A stretch of 64,000 nucleotides of DNA from a virus. The notes below the pieces were generated by a model. It made no database searches. It worked only from the letters and a program-made list of their open reading frames with translations, and was not told the DNA's origin. Below are positions 38,715-47,677 of the stretch, piece by piece. A program made the position numbers and the translations under genes. Every line of letters begins with the position of its first letter. The first letter of the stretch is position 1. Location: positions 1-64,000 of IMG/VR virus record IMGVR_UViG_3300009709_000003; one strand, given 5' to 3'.

Positions 38715-38990
38715 TTATCTATTTGAAACGGTTTCCACATTTAACAGCTTGAAGTTAAAGGATCCAGACTTAGCAAATATTTTCAACATATCTAACTCAG
38801 CCGCAGCCGCGCTTACCGCTTCTATGTCATGGTATGATTTATGCCACATTTGATCAGTTATTTCTAACTCTTCGTCGTTTGTGTCATAAAAAGTTATTCC
38901 GCCAGAAAGGTTGCTGGTGGGTACGTATTCATGATTTTCTGGTAGAATCAGCTCCAGGAAGAATACTCTATACTTGAACAATTTCTTCAT
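38715..38990 (-). CDS. Hypothetical protein
   Basis: 91-aa ORF. Confidence 0.45.
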   Translation of the reverse strand: MKKLFKYRVFFLELILPENHEYVPTSNLSGGITFYDTNDEELEITDQMWHKSYHDIEAVSAAAAELDMLKIFAKSGSFNFKLLNVETVSNR

Positions 38991-39020
38991 ATATTATGTA
39001 TAGTTTATTTTACCACCAAA

Positions 39021-39788
39021 TTATATAATAGACCAAATGTATTCAAGAGGCAATTTGTCGCCCTTACTGGAGTTACATTTCGAGCATGCGGGGACTATAT
39101 TGGAAATGGCGTGGGACGAGTTTGAACCATAAAGGATAGGGACTAGATGCTCCTTAGTACGCTTGGTGGGACCTTTACTATTAGTTAGTTCAACATCACA
39201 AAAAGCACAACGATTCTTGAACTCTTCTACACGTGCTGCCCATTCTGCTTTGGTGTGCTTACCAGGGACATTGGCCTTACGGGCGCGACGTACACCCACA
39301 GAGGCCAAGACGGTTGCTTTACGCGCGGGGTCCGTGTTGTATTTTAGTCGATTCTGTTCCTTGCGCAATTCCTTGCCTTCTACACTAAGATTGGCATAAT
39401 AGTTTGCGTTACGTGCCTTAATTTTTTCTTTATTTTCGGGCGTGTTAGCGTTTTGTCTCTTCTTCAAGCGCACTGTGGGTGTATAAACTTCATAGCAACG
39501 CTTACATACGCCAAACGCCGCGTGCTTGTGCTCACTCCAACACCACCAACATTTGATAATTTTACGCTTATGACCATTTGCCTTAACACGAACAGCCCTT
39601 TTTAATTTCTGTTCTGGCGATGAGATATAACACTTATGACACACATCCTTACCAGCTGGTCGTCCTGATCTGCCGCATTTTATACACTGCACTTGCCGTG
39701 ACTTATCGTAACACAATTTACAGAGGCCAAATGCTTCATGTCGCTTTGACTTACCACACATGGAGCATGTAATAATACGTTTAGACAT
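39021..39788 (-). CDS. HNH homing endonuclease with N-terminal Zn-finger repeats
   Basis: CAFC...EHLVP...H-xx-SNIVPACSKCNSSK; three CxxC...CxxC repeats; inserted right after the major capsid gene. Confidence 0.85.
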   Translation of the reverse strand: MSKRIITCSMCGKSKRHEAFGLCKLCYDKSRQVQCIKCGRSGRPAGKDVCHKCYISSPEQKLKRAVRVKANGHKRKIIKCWWCWSEHKHAAFGVCKRCYEVYTPTVRLKKRQNANTPENKEKIKARNANYYANLSVEGKELRKEQNRLKYNTDPARKATVLASVGVRRARKANVPGKHTKAEWAARVEEFKNRCAFCDVELTNSKGPTKRTKEHLVPILYGSNSSHAISNIVPACSKCNSSKGDKLPLEYIWSII

Positions 39789-39794
39789 TTCAAT

Positions 39795-39803
39795 ATTATA
39801 ACA
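39795..39803 (-). promoter_or_regulatory. Extended -10 promoter (TGTTATAAT) for a probably leaderless HNH mRNA
   Basis: Minus strand TGTTATAAT-ATTGAA-ATG with no SD. Confidence 0.45.
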
Positions 39804-39837
39804 CGGTTTAATTTAAGATTAATATGCAGGATACAGA

Positions 39838-39859
39838 TGAGGGGGCTTGCGCCCCCTCA
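39838..39859 (-). terminator. Strong hairpin after the major capsid gene
   Basis: TGAGGGGGC-GCAA-GCCCCCTCA, a perfect 9-bp stem with a GNRA loop; U-tract is weak. Confidence 0.6.
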
Positions 39860-39887
39860 AAAGTTATCAATATTACTTAAGAATTCT

Positions 39888-41102
39888 TTACTTCATAGCT
39901 TTGGAGACTGCACGAGGATTCGCAATACCGAATCCGAGAAGTTCCATAAAGGCCCATCCCTTAGTAGTCCTTCTTTGGTTAAAGTTGTTGAAGGGTTCCG
40001 AGAACAATTCAACACGCACGCCCATTTCGCCCAAGTACTCCGAAGCAGTCGAAGCGTAGACGCTACCAGCGGGAACAACTTCTTCAACACCCGTACCTGC
40101 AGCAGTGATAATCTGCGCATTCAAGATGTTGCCGATGTAACCAGCCAAGATCAACTCGCGCTCCGTCACAGGGTCAACCGAAGCCGCCATCGTGGTCACG
40201 ATGTCCGACAACTCGGCACGGTTGATGAGGAATTTTTCCACCATCAATCGATGACGCTCAACCTGATAGCGAGTAGCTTCAAACGCTGCCACGTTCAAGG
40301 TCGCAAACATCGTCAAGGAGTTAACCGTGGTGGCCGCGCGATCAAGCAACGCCAAACCACGCTTGTCCTCTTCGAGTTCGATTTCCTGACGAGCTGTATC
40401 TTGTGCACGATCCAAGACGTCGTAGTTCATCTGATAGATTTCCTCGATGTCCACCGTGGGGAACGAGGTAATCTTGAACTCCGAGGGCTGAATGTACTTA
40501 CCGTACAAACGGCTCTCAATCGACTGACCGTCTTGACCGATCACCCAAGCGCTCGAACGAACGTCCTTGGCGATACGGAACAATTCACCTTGGCCAAGGG
40601 GACGAACGCGGTACACCTTACGTGCCCAACCTTCGTAATCCACAATGTCCTTGATGGGGAGCAGCAGTTCTTGACCGACAATGGCAAAGCCTTCACCCGT
40701 AGGATCAGACAAAGCCGCAGCCAAAACCTTCTTGCGCTCTTCGGAAGCCATCGAAGTCGATGCCTGACGATAGAACGAAGCGCCCGACTTCTTGGTAACC
40801 GTCTGCAACAGATACGCAATCTGCTTCAGAGCGTCGCCTTTGTCATAAGCGTTGAGTTCACCACCCTTGTCGAACATACGATTGTTCAGGTTGGTGCTAC
40901 CAACGGCTTGACGAATGCCACTACGGGTTTCCTCACCAGCATATGCGGTGGGGTTGAAATCACCAGCGCCGTCGTACACAGTCTCTTCGTGTGCGGCGGT
41001 GAGGTTCTTCTTTTGACGTGCTGCCATCCGGCTCTGACCCGCGTTCGCAGGCGCTGCCCCGGACCCAGCTTGCTTGCGGTACGGATTAATCTGATTAGCC
41101 AT
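39888..41102 (-). CDS. Major capsid protein (HK97 fold, Bxz1-like)
   Basis: PIKDIVDYEGWARK...PLGQGE...FKI...DVLDRAQ...EI-x-x-EED; SD AGGAG; follows the protease and decoration genes. Confidence 0.9.
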   Translation of the reverse strand: MANQINPYRKQAGSGAAPANAGQSRMAARQKKNLTAAHEETVYDGAGDFNPTAYAGEETRSGIRQAVGSTNLNNRMFDKGGELNAYDKGDALKQIAYLLQTVTKKSGASFYRQASTSMASEERKKVLAAALSDPTGEGFAIVGQELLLPIKDIVDYEGWARKVYRVRPLGQGELFRIAKDVRSSAWVIGQDGQSIESRLYGKYIQPSEFKITSFPTVDIEEIYQMNYDVLDRAQDTARQEIELEEDKRGLALLDRAATTVNSLTMFATLNVAAFEATRYQVERHRLMVEKFLINRAELSDIVTTMAASVDPVTERELILAGYIGNILNAQIITAAGTGVEEVVPAGSVYASTASEYLGEMGVRVELFSEPFNNFNQRRTTKGWAFMELLGFGIANPRAVSKAMK

Positions 41103-41143
41103 AATTCTCTTCTCCTAAAACAAAAAGTTTGACAATTAGTTAA

Positions 41144-41166
41144 GGACGGGAGCCATCTCCCGATCC
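41144..41166 (-). promoter_or_regulatory. Intergenic hairpin between decoration and capsid genes
   Basis: GGATCGGGAG-ATGG-CTCCCGTCC; possible mRNA-stabilising or processing element. Confidence 0.45.
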
Positions 41167-41175
41167 GGGTTAAAA

Positions 41176-41961
41176 TCAGGTGATCGGGGTGGGGTCACGG
41201 ACCAAACGCACGCCAAGGAACGGATCGTTCGCAGACGGCAGTTGAATCACATGGCCAACAAACTTACCTTCAGCGGCGTTGTTCGTAAACAAACCAGCCA
41301 AGGCGGGAGTGGCACCACCACAATACAAGTTCTTGCCAACGCCAGTCAGCGAATACGTACGCGACGTATCGTAGCAGGACGTGAACAACACGGAAGCTTC
41401 CGTGATGACCGTAACGCGGCTATTAGCAATAGTCACGTCATCCGTCATGTTCCAGAAGTTACGACCTTCGAAATCAAGATCGCTGGTCTGGAGTTGGAAG
41501 GTATAAGTGGCATACACCGTGGTGGCGAGGGGGATCGCACCAGTCGACACCTGAGTAACCGTACCGTTAGGCAACGAAGCCGTGTAGTCGGTGGTCATCG
41601 CGTAAGTCGTGCCCGTCTCACCAGGAGCAGAGCGAATCACAAGATTGCTGGCTGCGGGGTGTTTCAGGTTAACAGTCGAGTTGGCCGTCGCAAACGCGAT
41701 AGGCTCGTCAACCGACACAGACGTGAAAACGTTGGTTTTGTTCCACTTAGCAACACCGAGAACGCCTTCGCTCGTTGCAGGAACGATGAAACCGTTGGCG
41801 TCCTGAGCAACCAACGAGCCTTGCTCGAAACTTGCCGTCGTGTTAGCAACGTAAAAACCGAGATCTTCCTGAATCACGCAACGACCAAGATCCAAGCCAC
41901 GCTTGAATACGGTGCCATTGAATGCAGCAAGTCCGGCGCTTGAAAGTCCAATACTGCCCAT
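41176..41961 (-). CDS. Capsid decoration/cement protein
   Basis: Between protease and capsid; SD AGGAG; C-terminal VGHVIQLPSANDPFLGV. Confidence 0.65.
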   Translation of the reverse strand: MGSIGLSSAGLAAFNGTVFKRGLDLGRCVIQEDLGFYVANTTASFEQGSLVAQDANGFIVPATSEGVLGVAKWNKTNVFTSVSVDEPIAFATANSTVNLKHPAASNLVIRSAPGETGTTYAMTTDYTASLPNGTVTQVSTGAIPLATTVYATYTFQLQTSDLDFEGRNFWNMTDDVTIANSRVTVITEASVLFTSCYDTSRTYSLTGVGKNLYCGGATPALAGLFTNNAAEGKFVGHVIQLPSANDPFLGVRLVRDPTPIT

Positions 41962-42068
41962 AGCATATACTCCTAAAAGTTGAATAAAATTATGGGCAAT
42001 CTTAGCCCATCGTAAGCTTCAATAGTCTAGTAAGGGTGTTATATTCGCGGAAATATTTAAGACGGAGA

Positions 42069-42092
42069 GGGAAGTAATAATATTCTATTCTA
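42069..42092 (-). promoter_or_regulatory. Conserved upstream motif, copy A (TAGAATAGAATATTATTACTTCCC)
   Basis: Matches 35353..35376; upstream of the decoration/capsid genes. Confidence 0.55.
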
Positions 42093-42108
42093 GCGTATCA
42101 AAATCAGA

Positions 42109-44754
42109 TTAGAATTTGAAGTTTTTGGTGTTCTGGGCCAGATTGCCCACTTTCATACCACCAATTGCTTCACGAATCGAAGCCGCGCGAGTGTCGCGTG
42201 GGGTATCGTCGCTGTTATCGACAGGAGCCACAGTCATATTTCCTGCACGCGCTGCTTGACGAACACTTTCATCATGGGTGGGCTCTGGTTGATACTCAAT
42301 GACCACCGAAGCAGTGCGAATGTTGTTCATGTCAGACTCCACTTGCATGAGAGCTTCATCCGACATTTGCATCACAGACGCCGCACGCTCGAACAAACCG
42401 TCGATAAAAGCCTCCCAAGTAGGCTTGGACGATGCAACTTTCTCGCCAAATGCCGTCTCAATCAGACTGACCGCAGTATGCTGATCCATGGGAACGTATT
42501 CATAGCCTTGACCAAGATCGCGTCCATTGGCCAACACAATGCCAAAAGCTTCCTTCAATGGGGAATGCTCAATATTCATTGCTTGACGACGAGCCACGAA
42601 CTTCAAGGCACGCACCAAGCGATTTTGCAACATATCCATTTCTGCTTTATGCTGAGTCTTCAAGGCAGTTGCTTGTTCAGCCAAACGCGTGTCATAAAGT
42701 TTCGTCAAACGAGCGATATGCTTTTCATGTTCAACTGCGGCGACTTTACCTTGATGGTCGTGGGCCTCTCCGTCCAGCACGCTCTCACTGAGGTCGAAAT
42801 CCTTGCGCTTCTCACGCGTATCGAAATCTCGATCCTTTGTAACATTGAGAGCATGAGGGTCTTTGTCATGCTTCTCATCTTCGACGTCAACCTCACGACC
42901 TTCCAAAGCGTCATCCTTAAGGTCTTTCTCCTCATGGTGCTCTTCGGTGTCCGTATGTTCGCCGCTTTCGGTAGCTGATTCCAACACTTCGCCATCCTGG
43001 CGATCGTCGGTCATGGTCTCATCGCGTTCTTCGTGCGTACTGTTGGTTTCTTGGCGATCCGCATCAAGCATGTCATCGACAGCTTTGTCGAGAACTTGAG
43101 CCAAGTGCAAGCTGGGGACAGCCTTAAACTTTTGCATGGTGGTCGTCAAACCATTGGTTTGGATAGACGCCAAGATGTCATCATTGGTAGTGGCCGATTT
43201 CGACGTGGGATCGACAGGCATTACAAACAGCGTACCAGTTGAATCTGACACGGCGAGATTACCACTTTTGGTGGTCGAAATGGTAAGTTCTTTGTACACT
43301 GAAGCACCTTTAAATTTAGATGATACGATTCGTTTTTTAGTGGTAGTCTTGACATCGTTAGAAAGTGCAGATCCGCCACGTTTAGGTGGAGCATTCACAC
43401 TTTCAGTCGGCTTATTGGTTACTATACCCATCGCGGCAGGGGTGAGTTGTTCACCTTCCTCAGCAGGGGTCAAACCGACATCAGAGGGACTAAGATCTTC
43501 AATAGAAGTACCTTGTTCATCCTCGATTGGATCAGTGGACTTAATATCCACACCGTCGGTGCCGTCACCGATGTTAACAATAACATCAGCTTCTTTATGA
43601 CCGCCCGTCTCTTTGGCAGCAGGAGTGAGTTCCGCGCACCCTTCACAACGAGTGTAGGTGTCACCATCACACATGGGATCAGCGTCTTCCCAACGAGCCA
43701 TCCTACCTTCTGCACATTCTGGACAGAGAATAGGCTTGTCTTGGACCTGAGCAGCTTTGCTCATACTCTTTTCTAGGGCCGCAACTTTTGATTTCAAGAT
43801 AAGTAATTCGCTTTCTTGTGCCAAAGTGTTATTTGAGGCTTCTTTAACAGAAGCAGACAATTTGAGAATCTCATATTGCTCAGCCTTTGGATCGGCTGGG
43901 TCTTGTACGCGCGAATACTCTTCGAATACGACACCTTCACACCATTCAAAAGCTTCAGCTTCTTTCATAGATGAAGCTGTTCGACCATTGGCGTCGTCAA
44001 TGTTTACATACTTAATAGTATATGCAACTGGATTAAAGTCTTCCGCACCTTCGGCGTAAACTTTACCCTTATTCCGAATATGCTTACAAAATTCAGATGC
44101 AGTTGATGCAACATGGTTGCAAACGTTACAACGTGTGCGAGCGCAAGAGCATCCCATCGAACCGTGGCGCAACACACCAGACATGACGCCGTTGGCAAAA
44201 ACTGGGTCTTTCTTAGTGTCAATAGCGACCAGCAATTCTACAAATTCGTCTTTTACGACATGACCACACTTTATGCAGTGCAAACCAGTTTCGGCGTCTC
44301 TAGCCTCTTTAGCTGCAGTTTTAGCGTGACAATTCTCACATTCTGCGGAAGCTGGCGAACGATCATTATACGTGGCATCGAGAATAAAACCGCGTGCAGT
44401 CTTTGGATTATCTGCACGATGTTGAATTTGATGCGGTTTGTACTGATAAGTGCGATAAACTTGTTTACCTAAGCGGTGGTCAAATCGCAACAATTCAGTC
44501 TTATGGAAGGCGTCTTTGTTCTCATTACGAACGTTAGACGTATTACCTCTAATAGCCTCAAAGATGTAGTCTTTTGGATCGGCAGAGATATTGTATTCGT
44601 TAGCTACCAGGTCAAGGGCCGCTTGCACATCGATCTTTTGAGTGCCTTCAAAATAAGCACTTTTACCATTGTAAGCTGCGGACTTTTTAAAATCTTTGCC
44701 ATCAGAGGTGGCAACAGATAACACTTGCACGCCGGCCTGTCTAAAGAATGCCAT
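42109..44754 (-). CDS. Prohead protease / scaffold fusion
   Basis: Start reassigned to MAFFRQAG (44754). NENKDAF...H-x-x-H...GFILD...GSMGC...CNVC...C-x-H...FEEYSRVQDPADP; acidic and coiled-coil C-terminal half; between portal and capsid. Confidence 0.8.
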   Translation of the reverse strand: MAFFRQAGVQVLSVATSDGKDFKKSAAYNGKSAYFEGTQKIDVQAALDLVANEYNISADPKDYIFEAIRGNTSNVRNENKDAFHKTELLRFDHRLGKQVYRTYQYKPHQIQHRADNPKTARGFILDATYNDRSPASAECENCHAKTAAKEARDAETGLHCIKCGHVVKDEFVELLVAIDTKKDPVFANGVMSGVLRHGSMGCSCARTRCNVCNHVASTASEFCKHIRNKGKVYAEGAEDFNPVAYTIKYVNIDDANGRTASSMKEAEAFEWCEGVVFEEYSRVQDPADPKAEQYEILKLSASVKEASNNTLAQESELLILKSKVAALEKSMSKAAQVQDKPILCPECAEGRMARWEDADPMCDGDTYTRCEGCAELTPAAKETGGHKEADVIVNIGDGTDGVDIKSTDPIEDEQGTSIEDLSPSDVGLTPAEEGEQLTPAAMGIVTNKPTESVNAPPKRGGSALSNDVKTTTKKRIVSSKFKGASVYKELTISTTKSGNLAVSDSTGTLFVMPVDPTSKSATTNDDILASIQTNGLTTTMQKFKAVPSLHLAQVLDKAVDDMLDADRQETNSTHEERDETMTDDRQDGEVLESATESGEHTDTEEHHEEKDLKDDALEGREVDVEDEKHDKDPHALNVTKDRDFDTREKRKDFDLSESVLDGEAHDHQGKVAAVEHEKHIARLTKLYDTRLAEQATALKTQHKAEMDMLQNRLVRALKFVARRQAMNIEHSPLKEAFGIVLANGRDLGQGYEYVPMDQHTAVSLIETAFGEKVASSKPTWEAFIDGLFERAASVMQMSDEALMQVESDMNNIRTASVVIEYQPEPTHDESVRQAARAGNMTVAPVDNSDDTPRDTRAASIREAIGGMKVGNLAQNTKNFKF

Positions 44755-44755
44755 G

Positions 44756-44872
44756 TTATTTGTCCTGCTTAGATTTGTTCTTGTCAGTGTCTGGCTTGGA
44801 TTCGGTCGTGGTCGTAGGCACCGAAGTGGCAGTATCAATTGTCGTCGTTTTGCCGTTCTTTTGGAATGCCAT
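44756..44872 (-). CDS. Small protein (38 aa)
   Basis: MAFQKNGKTTTIDTATSVPTTTTESKPDTDKNKSKQDK*; ends 1 nt before the protease ATG. Confidence 0.5.
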   Translation of the reverse strand: MAFQKNGKTTTIDTATSVPTTTTESKPDTDKNKSKQDK

Positions 44873-44944
44873 GGTTCTTTACCTATAAAGCAGGATACGA
44901 AGAATATTCCTAACCAATTTTAGGGATAGAAATTGGATATACGA

Positions 44945-47308
44945 TTACTTATCGTCCAGGAGATCGGAAATATCACCAACCCATCTACTGTCGCCACCAT
45001 TACCATGGCCCACTAAAAGATCAACACTCTCGTGCGTTTTAAATACTTGCTTACCTTTATTCATTACCCTTGCGTTCATGTCTTCATCGCCATAAACACC
45101 GGCATCCTCTGGCATATCTTCTAATAAAGATCGATTTACTTGAGATTTGCCAATACTGATATCCTTAAGGACACCCTCAGCGTCTAGGATACGACGCAAT
45201 GAGGTGAAATCAGCGTGTGGATAGCCTTTATCAGCCAAAAACGTTTCTACACAGTCTAAAGTAGACCAAGTGTCACAATCTTCAATAGCACTCACCAAGT
45301 TGGGAGATTTAAGTTCTTCCCATATTGGAGATTTCGTTTCGCCGCTTTCGAGTAGATTCATCAGTTCATGTACTTCACTGGCACGCCAATTCTTATACTG
45401 ACCATTTTTATCCCAAAGGTCGCTTTTCATGTGTCGAACATATTCATCACGAGTACCACTAGGGCCGTGTTCCTCAGAAGTTTTGTCGGCTGCTGGACCA
45501 GGCGCTCCACCTGGATTTCCTGCCGCACCACCAGCTTCACCTTCTTCAGCTGGTTTACCCTCTTCACTTTCGCCACCGTCTGTAGGTGTAGGACTTGGAG
45601 CACTCATGCCACCACCCGTCGCACCAGGACCACCGTCAATTGCAGAAGCTGGCAAATACTGTTGCAAGCTTTGTTCATATTTTGTTTCTTCGATAATTTT
45701 CTTGGTTTCTTCTTCGAAGTGCTTACCAGCCGCTGCAAACTTGGTGGTTTTAGAGAACTTCAATCCAAGTTGACCTTCGAGAATGTTCATCACATTCACA
45801 AGTTCCGTGTTAACCGTAGAATCTAGCTGTTTTTCCCATTGGATACCCGGAATGATCCATCGATTTTCTTGCTCAATTTCTCTTGCACTACGTTTAACTC
45901 GATAACGACCAGCTAATTCCTTTTTGCTAGGTTTGATCCACCCATTCATCTGGGCCATGGGCTTAAATATTTTCGGAATCAACCACCCATTAACAAAGAA
46001 ATTACGCATTGACTTCATGCGCTGCATGAAGACCGACAAGCCGGTGATAGACGATGCATAATTCGTGTCGCCAGTCAAGAAACCTTTATTAATACCCATG
46101 GCAACAAGCTTGTACTGCTCAATGGTATTAATATGACCGGTAATGTTCATAACTCGTTCTTGCACACCCACCAGTTCAGTTTGAACGCCGTAATGAGTCA
46201 CAATCCAAGCCATAGGATCGACTTCAGCCTGAGCAAGCATTTCAAGCATCTTGCGTTCGTGTTCTGGACCAGGAATCCAACCAGTGGTGGGATTACCCAT
46301 CTTCAACAATTTCAATGGTGCGGCCATACGGCGAGCTGTCTGTAGACTTGCCTCGAAAACCGCATCCTCAAACATCAAAACACGCCACATACGCGAAATA
46401 ATGCTAGTTCCGCGCGTGTCGTATGGGTGCATCTTTCGTGGAATAAAGGTGAAATTAATCGGACTAAGAGGAATGTTCTGGCGGGCCACTAATTTGGCAA
46501 TAAGTTCAGGAGGCATTTGCTCACGAACTTTTCCCAACAAACGGTTGTTAGACGTCAACACTGCTCGTAAACGGTCGTCCGGAATAAATTCAACTACAGG
46601 CTCCATTTTAATGAATGGAGTGCTGATAACTTCAAGTTGGTCTGGGTTGTGCAGAGAAACGTGTGTCCACATACCACGATTTTCATCCCAGAATGCATGA
46701 GGACAAGCCTCCCCCACACCTAGGAACTCTTTAACCATCGATTCAAGTGTAGAGATCACATTGATCTCTTTTAACATTACTTCATAATGTTCTTTAACTT
46801 CACCAGTTACACCTTCACCAGTCAATTGAAAATCAGACCATGGCATGGAACCGTACATGTCAATACAAGTTCCGATGTAAGGATCCAATTTTGTGAACAA
46901 ACGCCAGTAACGATTTGCCAAAATCCGATGTACAGGGTACTGTTGGCGGTCACTCGATCCGAATTCGGGTTGGTATGGTTTCTGGGGGCTAACCATCGAA
47001 CCCCCCATACCCCCATACCCTCCAGCCGGACCGCCATGACCACCCCACCCAGCTGAACCATGTTGTTGTGATGTCTTACCGAACCCCCTGGAATCCCAGC
47101 TAGCTCCCTCTGGGAGTATGTTTGACATGAGGTTCTGAACGGCACCATGCTTGTTAGCTAAACCAGGTAGGAACTTTTCAAACCGCTCGTTTAGGGCTTC
47201 GATCGTTGAGTGAGTTAGACCACTAGGATTAGCATTGTCAGATACAGTCTCTGCCATTGCTTGCTTGCGGACATCACCATACTTGTTGCCTGGTTTGATA
47301 TAGCTCAT
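44945..47308 (-). CDS. Portal protein with C-terminal extension
   Basis: RLFTKLDPYIGTCIDMY, LHNPD, DTRGTSII-x-R, PLKLLKMG; position between terminase and protease. Confidence 0.85.
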   Translation of the reverse strand: MSYIKPGNKYGDVRKQAMAETVSDNANPSGLTHSTIEALNERFEKFLPGLANKHGAVQNLMSNILPEGASWDSRGFGKTSQQHGSAGWGGHGGPAGGYGGMGGSMVSPQKPYQPEFGSSDRQQYPVHRILANRYWRLFTKLDPYIGTCIDMYGSMPWSDFQLTGEGVTGEVKEHYEVMLKEINVISTLESMVKEFLGVGEACPHAFWDENRGMWTHVSLHNPDQLEVISTPFIKMEPVVEFIPDDRLRAVLTSNNRLLGKVREQMPPELIAKLVARQNIPLSPINFTFIPRKMHPYDTRGTSIISRMWRVLMFEDAVFEASLQTARRMAAPLKLLKMGNPTTGWIPGPEHERKMLEMLAQAEVDPMAWIVTHYGVQTELVGVQERVMNITGHINTIEQYKLVAMGINKGFLTGDTNYASSITGLSVFMQRMKSMRNFFVNGWLIPKIFKPMAQMNGWIKPSKKELAGRYRVKRSAREIEQENRWIIPGIQWEKQLDSTVNTELVNVMNILEGQLGLKFSKTTKFAAAGKHFEEETKKIIEETKYEQSLQQYLPASAIDGGPGATGGGMSAPSPTPTDGGESEEGKPAEEGEAGGAAGNPGGAPGPAADKTSEEHGPSGTRDEYVRHMKSDLWDKNGQYKNWRASEVHELMNLLESGETKSPIWEELKSPNLVSAIEDCDTWSTLDCVETFLADKGYPHADFTSLRRILDAEGVLKDISIGKSQVNRSLLEDMPEDAGVYGDEDMNARVMNKGKQVFKTHESVDLLVGHGNGGDSRWVGDISDLLDDK

Positions 47309-47368
47309 TCTGGTAGTTTAGTACTATTTTATCTTTGCTTAGGCAATTAATATGATATGTACAGTCGT

Positions 47369-47677
47369 TTATTCAGGACGTACTTGCCGGCCTGGCCAAT
47401 TAGCACTAAGCATGTATGGAACCTGAGACCATCTTACATAACCAACAATCTCTGAGTGTCCCCAAACACGCAAGGCTTCTACCGCATCAAACTTACCGCA
47501 TTTCCATGGTTGGTCGGCATAGACCGAGAGCACAAATCTAGCTGCATGTCGTGATTGGCTATTGTGTGGTAGAGTAACTGCCCAATCGTCCATAGCCTCA
47601 GGATCAAATCGTGCTGCACCTGGACACCCATTGAGAATCGGGAACCAGGAAATTAGGTTCTCAATCAGCGTTGACAT
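47369..47677 (-). CDS. Hypothetical protein
   Basis: AARFVLSVY...FDAVEAL-x-x-W; TAATG-type coupling to the upstream gene. Confidence 0.55.
   Translation of the reverse strand: MSTLIENLISWFPILNGCPGAARFDPEAMDDWAVTLPHNSQSRHAARFVLSVYADQPWKCGKFDAVEALRVWGHSEIVGYVRWSQVPYMLSANWPGRQVRPE

Noticed and set aside
35392-39788. Complete or split IscB/OMEGA nuclease or IS200/605 element (PLMP gene plus nearby HNH gene)
   Set aside because: No RuvC motifs, bridge helix or transposase; the HNH is 2.7 kb away and looks like an ordinary Zn-finger homing endonuclease.
39837-41132. 431-aa plus-strand ORF antisense to the major capsid gene, and similar antisense ORFs over the decoration, protease and fibre genes
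   Set aside because: Shadow ORFs expected from biased codon usage of the real minus-strand genes; no recognisable motifs.
44755-44838. ORF-track N-terminal extension of the protease (also extended starts at 26621, 25955, 29009 and 23271)
   Set aside because: These overlap upstream genes; downstream ATGs give better packing.
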